In this document: piece by piece, positions 1 through 9,117 of the stretch
Numbering within the stretch: position 1 is the first letter of the stretch
Layout: every line of letters begins with the position of its first letter
DNA from: Bacteroidota bacterium
GTDB lineage: Bacteria; Bacteroidota; Ignavibacteria; SZUA-365
Length of the DNA stretch: 64,000 nt
NCBI GenBank assembly: GCA_014860565.1
Contig: JACZJN010000071.1
Coordinates: forward strand, 1,184-65,183
Direction of reading: 5' to 3'
Notes under the pieces: model-generated
Databases searched by the model: none
What the model saw: the letters and a program-made list of their open reading frames with translations, nothing else
Told to the model about the DNA's origin: nothing
Program-made: the position numbers and the translations under genes

Positions 1-1
1 A

Positions 2-382
2 GCGATGTACGAGAATCCCGATCAGGATCTGAACGCCCTCTGGTGGCAGCTGGTGGAGAAGTACCAGATGATCCGGAAACCGGAAGGACGAGACAATCCT
101 GACTGGGCGTCAAAAATTCACGTCGCCCTGTACCCCGCCTATTATCACAATTACCTGATGGGCGAACTCCTTGCCTCGCAGCTGCACGCGCATATCTGCA
201 CAAAGATTCTTCATAGCGAGAATCCCAGGCGCGAGGCGTATGTGGGACGCACAGAGGTGGGCACCTTCCTCATCGACAATATCTTCAAACCGGGACGCAC
301 CCTTCTGTGGAACGACATGATCGAAAACGCAACCGGCGAGAAACTCACGGCGAAATATTACGCCGCGCAATTCGTGAATTGA
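2..382 (+). CDS. C-terminal part of an M2/M3 (gluzincin) metallopeptidase; starts before the window
   Basis: DWASKIH...PAYYHNYLMGEL and MIENATGEKL resemble M2/M3 C-termini; frame is open to the window edge. Confidence 0.75.
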   Translation, partial: AMYENPDQDLNALWWQLVEKYQMIRKPEGRDNPDWASKIHVALYPAYYHNYLMGELLASQLHAHICTKILHSENPRREAYVGRTEVGTFLIDNIFKPGRTLLWNDMIENATGEKLTAKYYAAQFVN

Positions 383-438
383 CGGGAATGTCGTCGGGCG
401 AATGCAATCCCGAACGATGTTGATCTGAAATATCCATT

Positions 439-510
439 GTAAGGCGGATTCATGAATCCGTCGGAAATATGGCACCCAATCGTAGGGCGGATTCATGAAT
501 CCGCCCTACG
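439..510. repeat. REP family A doublet: degenerate copy 439-460 plus perfect palindrome GTAGGGCGGATTCATGAATCCGCCCTAC at 482-509
   Basis: Read directly; 28-bp perfect palindrome with GTAG/CTAC ends between convergent genes. Confidence 0.9.
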
Positions 511-514
511 TCCG

Positions 515-2332
515 TTAACGTATGATTACCATTTTCCTGTGTAAGACCCCACGAGGGGTGGTGAGGCGGTAGACATATATCCCCTCCGGCAATCGCGAAT
601 TGAGGGTGGCTACATGCCGCCCTTTTTCCATATAACCCTCCGCGATCACCGCGATCTCGCGGCCCATCATGTCATGTACGGTCAGACGCGCGGGCATGGA
701 GTGATCCAGTTCGAAGGAAATCCAAACATTCTCACGCGCGGGATTCGGCCAGGCGGATGCGAGACGCATGCGCATGTCGACGGGCAGCGGTTGTGCTGTT
801 GACGTCGCATCGGCTTCGACATAAAGCGAAACATGCGAGGGATCGTCACCGCCAATGACGAACGTATTGAATGATGGATCGATCGGTCCGAGCACGATGT
901 TTCCAAAGTTATTGGCCTGATCGGGAATCAGGGCCGTGCCGCCGTTGACAAGCACTTCGATGACATGGCCGGCTTGTACTGTGTGCAGCAGACTCGTCAG
1001 CTCGAAGTCCATCGTCCGTTCGATGTTCGGATCGTCTGCCTGCCTGTGGCCTCGGCAAAGCGGTGTGCGTTTCCCCGCGGCGGGATCCACGTCATAAAGC
1101 AGCACATTCATCTGGTAATGCGCACCCGTCGCGCGCACGCGCATATGACCGCTTCCCGGCGGCGGGAGAATGGTTATGTCCTTCGTCAGAGGTGGAGTGC
1201 GAAAGGAAATCGGCGTCGAACCCAGAACGTTGATATATGTGATCAGGCGCTCGCTGCGGTCCAGGGGAGGAGTGACGGCGAGGCCGCTCGCATCGAAATA
1301 CAGGTCGAGACGATCCATGTTCTGCGGCAGCGGATCTCCCGGCCGCAGCCACTGCGGCGTTTCTGTTTCCGCATAGATCCGTGGCTTCTTCGTCCCACCG
1401 TCGAAAAACACCACTGCGCTGTCAGGGGAGGCGACGTCGGCGAGTGACGCATCGTCTTTCAGCCAGAAGGCAAGCCACCGGTCAATGACGTCGAGCACAT
1501 ACGCGTTTTGCGATGGGTCCGCCGGCATGTCATGTCCGGCAGGGTACAACACGATGCGCTTCGCGGCCGGTATGGTATGGAACTGCCGCAGCGCCGCATT
1601 CTGGTTGAAAAACCCATCGTGATAGCTGACGAAAATGGCGGTCGGGGTGGTGACCGACGATTCAAGCGTGTTAGTGGAGTGATCCTGCAAATACGGCTGT
1701 ATGGAGGAGTAATTCCCACTCTCTCGCGCCTGCTTCAACAACGCTGCCACGCCGGGTTCGAAGCGCACATCCGGCGTCATTGTCGCCGCGGCGAAGGTCC
1801 AGTTCAGCGCATCATTCTCAAGCCAGTTTTCTTCCGCGCGTCCGTTGGCGATTATGGATACCACGCAGCGCGCACCCATGCCATAGGCCGCGGCGTTCCA
1901 GGCATGAAGTCCGCCTTGCGATCCCCCCAGGACAGCCACGCGTTCGGCGTTGACGCGACGCAGCTGTTTTGCGAACGCGATGTTTTCCCGAAGGTCATCG
2001 AGAATGCGGGGGGCGGTGAAGAACTCGAAGAGGCCCTCCGAGTTTCCCTGTCCCCGCACGCTGTACGCCGTCGCTGCGTAGCCCTCCCGCGCAAACCCGA
2101 TAGCCGTCGACCGATTGTTGTTTTTCGAACCGGCGAAGCCGTGTACGAGCACGATGGCGGGATAGCCCCCCGGCGGAGCCGGTGTCACGGGGAGAACATA
2201 CAAGGCATCGACTTTCGCGCCGTCGCTCATGACCAGCGTTGTATCGACGACCGTCTGGGCGAGGATTGGCGCGGACATCGTCAGATGGAAGGCGAGGACG
2301 GCGAACGCGATGCGGGAGTAGAATCGATACAT
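515..2332 (-). CDS. CocE/NonD (S15-like) alpha/beta hydrolase with signal peptide and T9SS C-terminal domain
   Basis: HGFAGS, nucleophile elbow GGSQGG, C-terminal WPNP...GIYVYRL...KMVIIR. Confidence 0.85.
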   Translation of the reverse strand: MYRFYSRIAFAVLAFHLTMSAPILAQTVVDTTLVMSDGAKVDALYVLPVTPAPPGGYPAIVLVHGFAGSKNNNRSTAIGFAREGYAATAYSVRGQGNSEGLFEFFTAPRILDDLRENIAFAKQLRRVNAERVAVLGGSQGGLHAWNAAAYGMGARCVVSIIANGRAEENWLENDALNWTFAAATMTPDVRFEPGVAALLKQARESGNYSSIQPYLQDHSTNTLESSVTTPTAIFVSYHDGFFNQNAALRQFHTIPAAKRIVLYPAGHDMPADPSQNAYVLDVIDRWLAFWLKDDASLADVASPDSAVVFFDGGTKKPRIYAETETPQWLRPGDPLPQNMDRLDLYFDASGLAVTPPLDRSERLITYINVLGSTPISFRTPPLTKDITILPPPGSGHMRVRATGAHYQMNVLLYDVDPAAGKRTPLCRGHRQADDPNIERTMDFELTSLLHTVQAGHVIEVLVNGGTALIPDQANNFGNIVLGPIDPSFNTFVIGGDDPSHVSLYVEADATSTAQPLPVDMRMRLASAWPNPARENVWISFELDHSMPARLTVHDMMGREIAVIAEGYMEKGRHVATLNSRLPEGIYVYRLTTPRGVLHRKMVIIR

Positions 2333-2426
2333 GACGGAACCTCAATAAATGCCGCAGGTGTGGTACAAAAGAAAATAACCGAATTGGGTGGATTGATGAA
2401 ACGGGTCTGAACGGTCCCCGGTTGTC

Positions 2427-2606
2427 GTAAGGCGGATTCATGAATCGAAATGGATTGATTTCACCCGTTCGTAGGGCGGATTCATGAATCCGCCCTACGA
2501 TGGAAATGATCGGTTCGGCGGCGGGATGCACGGATTCATGAATCCGCCCTACGATGGAAATGATCGGTTCGGAGGCGATACGTACGGATTCATGAATCCG
2601 CCCTAC
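2427..2606. repeat. REP family A cluster: degenerate copy 2427-2446, perfect copy 2471-2498, 5'-truncated copies 2531-2552 and 2585-2606 in a 54-bp tandem
   Basis: CGGATTCATGAATCCGCCCTACG begins at 2477, 2531 and 2585; the linkers are nearly identical. Confidence 0.9.
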
Positions 2607-2670
2607 GGTAGTATACCCGTTTTTCGTATTTTATGTGTTCATATATGCGCATTTACGGAGGCCAGATTTC

Positions 2671-4800
2671 ATGTTACGTATTTCCCGCCTGACCACCCTG
2701 TTCGTGTTTACCCTGTTTTTTGTCGTCGGACTCACTGCCGATGAAGGCATGTATCCCCTGAGCGAGATATCCCGTCTCGATCTCAAGGCGAAGGGGTTGA
2801 AGATCGATGTATCCGAAATATACAATCCAGACGGTGTCAGCCTGGTCGACGCGATCTGCCAGGTGGGGGGCGGAACAGGGGAGTTTGTTTCGGCCGACGG
2901 TTTGATTCTCACCAACCATCACATCGCCTTCAGCGGCGTGACCAACGCGAGTACGCCCGAGCATGACTATCTGCGCGACGGTTTCACGGCCTCCACGCGC
3001 GAGGCGGAATATCCCGCCCAGGGCTACATGTGCCGGATCACCGAGGCATATCGCGATGTGTCGAAGGAAGTACTCGGCGTCGTGACCGATGGCATGTCGC
3101 CGGCAGAACGCAGCGACGCCATTCAGGAACAGATGAAGAAGCTGGCGAAGGATGCCGAAGCCGACCGCGAAAATATTTCCTGCGAGGTCTCGGAAATGTT
3201 TCCCGGCAAGAGCTACGTGCTGTTTACCTACCGCATCATCCGTGACGTGCGACTTGTGTACGTCCCGCCTCTCGCGGTCGGTAATTACGGCGGCGAAATC
3301 GATAACTGGGTTTGGCCGCGCCACACTGGCGACTTCTCCTTCCTCCGCGCCTACGTCGGGCCCGACGGCAAGACCGCGCCGTATGCGAAAGAGAATGTTC
3401 CCTACAAGCCGAAGCGTTTCATCAAGGTTGCGCCCAAGGGTGTAAGTGACGGCGATTTCGTTTTCATCCTCGGCTACCCCGGCCGTACTTATCGGCATAA
3501 GAGCGCCGATTACATCGCGCTGTATCAGAATACCATTCTCCCCTATCTCTCGGCGCGCTATGACTACATGATCGAGACGATGGAAAATGCCTCGGAAGGC
3601 GATCGGGCACTGCAGCTCGAATTCGCTGACCTGATGAAGGGACTCGCCAATGCGACCAAGAACTACAAGGGCAAGCTCCAGGGACTGCGCCGTCTCGGCC
3701 TGGTCGAAAAGCGCCGCGCCGAAGAGGCCGAACTGCAGAAGTACATCGAAAGCAATCCGGAGCTGAACGCGAAATTCAGCAAGACGCAGAAGGAGCTGAG
3801 TGCAGTGTACAAAGGGTATGAAGAAACCGCGCTGCAGGAAATCATCGCATCGATGCTTGGACGCAATCAGTACATCGCAATGCTCAGCTCGGTCATGAAG
3901 GCCGTCGAAAAAGGCGATGTCACCGGAGAGAAAGCCACTCGTCTGCAGGAGTTCATCGAAAAGCAATACGGCCTGATCCACCAGGAGACGGAACTCGAAT
4001 TCCTCGCCACGCTGCTGCATGATTTCCAGAAGCTTCCGGCCGATCAGCGTCCCGCCGCCGTGACGGCATTCGCCGGGAGTGAAACCGACCGCGCCAAGGT
4101 GCTCGCCCGCGTGCGCGAGGCCTTCAAGAAAAGCGCCATTGCGACGCATGCCGGCATGGCCGTCGTGCTTGGTTGGGATGAGGAAAAACTGGCTGCGAGC
4201 AAGGATCCGTTCGTCGAGCTCGTACGCGGACTCAACGCGCTCAACGAGGAAATCATTCTCCGCCGCCGCACGCGTGACGGCGAACTCAAGCGTCTGGAGG
4301 CGGAATTCCTCGATGCGAAAATGGCCTGGCAGAAAAAGGATTTTATCCCCGACGCCAACAGCACGCTGCGTCTGACCTACGGCTACATTCGCGGGTACGC
4401 GCCGGCGGACGCGACAATCTACAAGCCGCAGACAACACTTCGCGGACTGGTTGAGAAGAACACCGGCGAGGAGCCCTTCAACGCGCCGGCGCGGCTGGTG
4501 GAGCTCTACAACACGCGGAGCTACGATAAAAGCTACGAAGACGCCCTGCTCGAGGATGTGCCCATTGCGATGCTCTACAACATGGATACGACCGGAGGCA
4601 ATTCCGGCAGTCCTGTGCTCAACGCCCGCGGCGAACTCGTCGGAGTGAATTTCGACCGTGCCTTTGAAGCCACGGTCAACGATTATCAATGGAGCGAGGA
4701 TTACAGCCGCAGCATCGGTGCCGACATCCGCTACGTGCTTTTCGTCGCCAAGTATCTCGGACAAGCAGACTTTTTACTCCGCGAACTCGGCGTTCACTGA
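2671..4800 (+). CDS. S46 family dipeptidyl peptidase (DPP7/DPP11-like)
   Basis: ADEGMY after signal peptide, TNHH, WPRHTGDFS, TTGGNSGSP; GGAGG upstream of ATG 2671. Confidence 0.93.
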   Translation: MLRISRLTTLFVFTLFFVVGLTADEGMYPLSEISRLDLKAKGLKIDVSEIYNPDGVSLVDAICQVGGGTGEFVSADGLILTNHHIAFSGVTNASTPEHDYLRDGFTASTREAEYPAQGYMCRITEAYRDVSKEVLGVVTDGMSPAERSDAIQEQMKKLAKDAEADRENISCEVSEMFPGKSYVLFTYRIIRDVRLVYVPPLAVGNYGGEIDNWVWPRHTGDFSFLRAYVGPDGKTAPYAKENVPYKPKRFIKVAPKGVSDGDFVFILGYPGRTYRHKSADYIALYQNTILPYLSARYDYMIETMENASEGDRALQLEFADLMKGLANATKNYKGKLQGLRRLGLVEKRRAEEAELQKYIESNPELNAKFSKTQKELSAVYKGYEETALQEIIASMLGRNQYIAMLSSVMKAVEKGDVTGEKATRLQEFIEKQYGLIHQETELEFLATLLHDFQKLPADQRPAAVTAFAGSETDRAKVLARVREAFKKSAIATHAGMAVVLGWDEEKLAASKDPFVELVRGLNALNEEIILRRRTRDGELKRLEAEFLDAKMAWQKKDFIPDANSTLRLTYGYIRGYAPADATIYKPQTTLRGLVEKNTGEEPFNAPARLVELYNTRSYDKSYEDALLEDVPIAMLYNMDTTGGNSGSPVLNARGELVGVNFDRAFEATVNDYQWSEDYSRSIGADIRYVLFVAKYLGQADFLLRELGVH

Positions 4801-4871
4801 GACGGACTCCTTTTCGATTATCATTGGCGCAGGACGGTACAGTCGTCCTGCGCTTTGTATAGGAGCAGTAT

Positions 4872-5651
4872 TTGAACATCATCGTTCTCAACTCCGGAAG
4901 CAACGGCAATGCCGTGTATGTGGAATCGCCGCGGAGCGGCGCGGCGGTTCTTCTCGACTGCGGTATCTCCCGCAGGCAGATCGAAGTGCGCCTGAAAGTG
5001 CACGGACGCTATCTGCAGAATGTACGCGGGCTGTTCATCACGCATGAACATGCGGATCATGTGCGCGGGGTGCCGGTAACGGCCAAGATGTACCGCATGC
5101 CGACCTTCCTGACCGAGGCCACGTGGCGCGGACTACGGATGAACCGTCCGCATAAGGGACACCGCTTCATCCGCAGCGGCGAAACCGTAAAAGTGGAAGA
5201 CATCAGCGTGCAGGCCTTTCCGAAATCGCATGACGCGCAGGATCCCGTGTTCTTTCTCGTCACCATCGGCGAGCTGCGTTTTCTCTACGTGACCGATTTG
5301 GGTGTCCATAATGACGAGGTCGCTCGCCTCTTGGGAGAAGTGGATGCTGCACTGCTCGAAAGCAACTACGACGAGCACATGCTCAACACTGGTCCCTACC
5401 CCGAACATCTCAAGGAGCGTATCCGCGCGCCCCACGGACATCTTTCCAACCTGCAGGCCATGGAGCTCATCGAGCGGCATTGCAACGGCCGTCTGCATAC
5501 ACTGATCTTCGGCCATCTGAGTGAGAATAATAACACCCCCGAGATCGTTCAGCGCGAGATCGACGCCGTGCTCGCTCGCAGGCCGGACTTTCGTCCGCGC
5601 ATCGTCATTGCTTCCCGCTATGAAGTGGGCGAGGTATTGAGCGTAGGGTAA
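4872..5651 (+). CDS. MBL-fold metallohydrolase (YycJ/WalJ-like)
   Basis: SGSNGN, THEHADH, ESNYD, GHLSN, HLSENNN; TTG start after AGGAG. Confidence 0.9.
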   Translation: MNIIVLNSGSNGNAVYVESPRSGAAVLLDCGISRRQIEVRLKVHGRYLQNVRGLFITHEHADHVRGVPVTAKMYRMPTFLTEATWRGLRMNRPHKGHRFIRSGETVKVEDISVQAFPKSHDAQDPVFFLVTIGELRFLYVTDLGVHNDEVARLLGEVDAALLESNYDEHMLNTGPYPEHLKERIRAPHGHLSNLQAMELIERHCNGRLHTLIFGHLSENNNTPEIVQREIDAVLARRPDFRPRIVIASRYEVGEVLSVG

Positions 5652-5742
5652 TAACTGCTGCACCAGTCGTTGCGCGATGATATCGCGGACTGCCGATTGC
5701 TCACCTCATCACGTACCGTGAATGCAGAATGGAGGCGTGTAT

Positions 5743-5775
5743 AAAAAACATCCGTCCTGGGGAGAACGGATGTTT
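5743..5775 (-). terminator. Intrinsic terminator of the TonB-domain gene
   Basis: AAACATCCGT...ACGGATGTTT stem with adjoining A-tract (U-tract on -). Confidence 0.65.
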
Positions 5776-5847
5776 CATAGCATTCGGTCGGGAGTGTTAT
5801 GGGGGTGTGGCTGCAGCTGGTTCAAGGCTGCGGCGACGCCTGGTGTA

Positions 5848-6666
5848 TCAGAGATACGATTTCTTCATTTCGAGTTCCTGCGTAAGGCGGTCCATGCCCT
5901 CGGTGCCGATGGTGCGAGAATTCACCACGCCGGATCCGGGAAGCGCGACCTGCACGTTTGCGCGCGCACGGTCCTGCAGTTCACGTCGCCAGGTGGCATC
6001 GGCGGCATCCGTGATGGGGGCCTGCCCGCGATGCTCGTCGATCTGCTCGCGGAGACGCAGGATGGCGGTTTCCTTTTTCTCCGCAAGGATGCGGTGGATG
6101 TTCTTGGCAACGGAGACTTTTTCTTCCATCTGCCGCTGAATCTCCTTAACCCGCTGCGGCGGAGTCTTGCTGCGCTCCATGACGAAGTCCTGGAATTTCT
6201 TCATCACGACTTCATACTCCTGCTGCACGCGCGCAAGTTCAAGGCGCGACTGCCAGTACTGCTCGGGATCCGGAGACAGCAGGAAGTAGAACGGCATGGC
6301 GATGCGAAAATCGCGCGGAAGGCCTTTCACCGTCGCGTATCCAATCGGGAACCGTGCACGCATCGCGCTGGCGAGTGCCGCTTGGTCAAACTCTTCCATC
6401 CCTGACCCGACCGTGATCTCGCTGTACACCACTTCTCCCTCGGAGGTCACGTACATCTGCACCTCTACCACACCTTCCACTCCCATGTTCAACTGCGACG
6501 CGGGATAATCCGGAAGTTGGAAAAGCGGCTTCTCGGATGAGGTGAAGCGAACTTCGTCCCCGTCAGCAGGCAGGGTGAAAAGTGGGGGAATAAAACCGCG
6601 CGACTGTGAGGTCGCCACAGTGGTGAGTACCAGGAAGAGCACCAGAAAGGAGAACAAACGCTGCAT
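5848..6666 (-). CDS. Exported protein with TonB C-terminal domain and coiled-coil tail
   Basis: PDYP...GVEGVVEVQMYVTSEGEV...FDQAAL; hydrophobic N-terminus from MQRLFSF. Confidence 0.75.
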   Translation of the reverse strand: MQRLFSFLVLFLVLTTVATSQSRGFIPPLFTLPADGDEVRFTSSEKPLFQLPDYPASQLNMGVEGVVEVQMYVTSEGEVVYSEITVGSGMEEFDQAALASAMRARFPIGYATVKGLPRDFRIAMPFYFLLSPDPEQYWQSRLELARVQQEYEVVMKKFQDFVMERSKTPPQRVKEIQRQMEEKVSVAKNIHRILAEKKETAILRLREQIDEHRGQAPITDAADATWRRELQDRARANVQVALPGSGVVNSRTIGTEGMDRLTQELEMKKSYL

Positions 6667-6921
6667 CGATTTCTCCGGGATGGAACAAATTTGTCTGTAC
6701 ACAGGTGGGCTCTGCTTTAGCAGGTCTTAAACATTACGGGGAAATCACGATAAATGCAATATGCTGTTAGAAAAATGTGAGAAATTCTGTAACCTTCAAG
6801 CGGTGTTCATTGTCAACCCCTAACCCCTCGAATAGATGAATATCGACGAAACCACCAATCGGGCCTCGTTCTTTCTTCTGTATTATCAAGTACTTGTGTC
6901 CCTGCGCGGCAAAGGCGATTC

Positions 6922-8166
6922 ATGAAGTCCGTTTTTATGCATATCGCTGATGGCGGTGCGTCATGGTATCGCCGGGCGTGTATCTTTGTCGTACCTGTTC
7001 TATTCTTCGCTGCTCACGGTGTCATGTTGCTCACGATTATCGCGGAGATGAACGCACAAACGCGGATCCCCGCGGAGCAGGCCGCGATGTCGCGACCACC
7101 TTCCATGGAACGCAACTGCGACCGAGACACGCTGCGGTATCGAGGACAGGGACCGGAGAGAGAAACGCAAGCGCTATTCTATCACGGACAGGATTGGGGA
7201 AGCGAGACGCAGTATGCACCATGGACACTGCTGCTGAACGGGGGCTTCGACATTCTGCAGCTTGACCGCTATCGGCGCGATGTTTTCAACTATCCTTTCG
7301 CACAGGCGGGTCGAACGGTATTCAGCAATCTTGCCAAACCACTGCCGTTGATTCATCGTTACGGCTGGGGAAATTTTCTCCGCAATGAAATTTTTCCCCT
7401 GGAATTCAGCGAAGGGGCGTCATGGTGGCCGAACTATCAGCTGCATCTGATCGGCGGCGGTATGACCTACGTGAAAATGGGGGAATGGTACGCACAGCAC
7501 GGCTTCGCCGCGCCGCGGGCGTGGTCGGCTGCCACGGTGATGACGTATCACCTTCTCAATGAAGTAATGGAGAACAACGCGCAGGAAGGAGAACTGATCG
7601 ATCCGCTGGCGGATATCTATCTCTTCGATATCGGAGGAATGCTTCTCTTCAGCATAGACGATGTAGCGCTCTTTTTTTCGCGCACGCTGCATATGAACGA
7701 ATGGTCGCTGCAGCCGACGCTTGGGGTCAGCGACATGACGCTTCGGAATACGGGGCAGTATTTCGTGGTGAAATATGATCTGCCGTTCTGGGACAAGTAT
7801 TCTCTGATCTATGTTTTCGGCGTCAACGGTCTGGCAGGACTCACCCGCCGTTTCAACAATGGCACGTCCCTGTCTGTGGCGGCGGGTTTGCGCAATGCGG
7901 ACATCCTGCCGGAGACGGATAATCCCCTGCACCTGACGGGAAGTCTTGTCTGGAGCGCGGGTGTGTTCTACGACCGGGAGAATTCCCTCCTGGCTTCACT
8001 CATCCTCAGCGGCATTTCATCGAATCTTGCGACGTTGAATGTGTACCCGGGATTCGTCGACATCGCAGGACTGCGTCCGGGCTGCTGGTGCACGGTCACC
8101 ACGGAGGGCGAGCTGCTCTTCGGCCTAACGACGCAGTGGGGCGTTGGATTGGGGAAGGGTGAATAG
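6922..8166 (+). CDS. Hypothetical envelope protein (DUF3943-like helical region followed by beta-strand-rich C-terminus); start uncertain
   Basis: 414-aa ORF; WWPNYQLHLIGGG motif; amphipathic strands at the C-terminus. Confidence 0.6.
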   Translation: MKSVFMHIADGGASWYRRACIFVVPVLFFAAHGVMLLTIIAEMNAQTRIPAEQAAMSRPPSMERNCDRDTLRYRGQGPERETQALFYHGQDWGSETQYAPWTLLLNGGFDILQLDRYRRDVFNYPFAQAGRTVFSNLAKPLPLIHRYGWGNFLRNEIFPLEFSEGASWWPNYQLHLIGGGMTYVKMGEWYAQHGFAAPRAWSAATVMTYHLLNEVMENNAQEGELIDPLADIYLFDIGGMLLFSIDDVALFFSRTLHMNEWSLQPTLGVSDMTLRNTGQYFVVKYDLPFWDKYSLIYVFGVNGLAGLTRRFNNGTSLSVAAGLRNADILPETDNPLHLTGSLVWSAGVFYDRENSLLASLILSGISSNLATLNVYPGFVDIAGLRPGCWCTVTTEGELLFGLTTQWGVGLGKGE

Positions 8167-8183
8167 CGGTTACCGCTGTGCGG

Positions 8184-8963
8184 TTAGCTCTGTGCGGGTT
8201 CCGCTGGCTTGCGCAGCAGCAGCCAGAGGCCGAAAACCACCAGAGGAATGCTCAGAAGCTGTCCCATCGTGATGGGCATGGAGGGATCGAGAGTGGACTG
8301 CCCGGTCTTGAAGAATTCCAGGACGAAGCGCGTGGAGAAAAGCATGGCAACCATGCTGCCGGCAAGGCGTCCCGTGCGCGCGGCAATGCCGCGGCGATAG
8401 AGCAGGATCATGACGAAGAAAATGATGAGATAGGCGCTCGCTTCGTAAAGCTGCACGGGGTGGCGTGGGATATCGTCGATGCGCGCGAAAACCACGGCCC
8501 AGGGCACGCTTGTCGGGAGGCCGAGGATTTCCGAATTGACAAAATTCCCGAGACGAACGAAAATCGCGGCCAGGGGAATCACCACCGCCACACGGTCTGC
8601 GACCCAGAGAAAGGTCATGCCGGGAGTACGGTGAGCGAAGATCGCCAGGGCCGTGATGATACCTATGGCGGCACCGTGGCTGGCGAGCCCGCCCTCCCAG
8701 ATTTTCAGAATTTCAATGGGATGCGTGAGATAGAATTCCGGACTGTAGAAAAGGCAATGTCCGAGACGGGCGCCGGCAACGACGCCGATGAACACATAGA
8801 GAAACAGCTTGTTGAGAAGATCGTCGCCTTTATGTTCCTTGCGGAAAATCCAGACCATGACCGAGAAACTGCTCAGAAAGGCAAGCGAAAAAAGAAGGCC
8901 ATACCAGCGTATGTGGAGGGCGCCGATGGAAAACAGTTCGGGGTCAGGACTCCAGGTGAACAT
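8184..8963 (-). CDS. lgt: Prolipoprotein diacylglyceryl transferase
   Basis: IRWYG, GARLGH, WEGGLASHG, RLGNFVNSE, RHPVQLYEA. Confidence 0.96.
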   Translation of the reverse strand: MFTWSPDPELFSIGALHIRWYGLLFSLAFLSSFSVMVWIFRKEHKGDDLLNKLFLYVFIGVVAGARLGHCLFYSPEFYLTHPIEILKIWEGGLASHGAAIGIITALAIFAHRTPGMTFLWVADRVAVVIPLAAIFVRLGNFVNSEILGLPTSVPWAVVFARIDDIPRHPVQLYEASAYLIIFFVMILLYRRGIAARTGRLAGSMVAMLFSTRFVLEFFKTGQSTLDPSMPITMGQLLSIPLVVFGLWLLLRKPAEPAQS

Positions 8964-8982
8964 GCGCGGTCGTTCCGGTGTG

Positions 8983-9018
8983 AAAAAAAATGAAGGATAC
9001 CGATTTCGGTATCCTTCA
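8983..9018 (-). terminator. Intrinsic terminator after the S8 protease gene
   Basis: TGAAGGATACCGA/TCGGTATCCTTCA arms plus an 8-A tract. Confidence 0.7.
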
Positions 9019-9117
9019 AGTATAAGAAAAAAATCAGCGAACGGGGAGGAAATTAGTCGGTTCTCACAACAAGGCGGGCACCGCCATGCCACACCGACCG
9101 AACGACTCCTCCTGCGA

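Noticed and set aside
2470-2606. CRISPR array
   Set aside because: Linkers are near-identical, the repeat is a REP palindrome also present at 482, and no cas genes are in the window.
2484-2744. ORF with MNPPY repeats (also 110..496 and 1995..2531)
   Set aside because: These are translations of the family A REP, whose central CATG supplies the ATG.
2674-4764. 696-aa antisense ORF and similar long ORFs (13551..15392, 27751..29559, 32537..34003, 34428..36074)
   Set aside because: Shadow frames opposite well-supported genes in GC-rich DNA, with no recognisable motifs.
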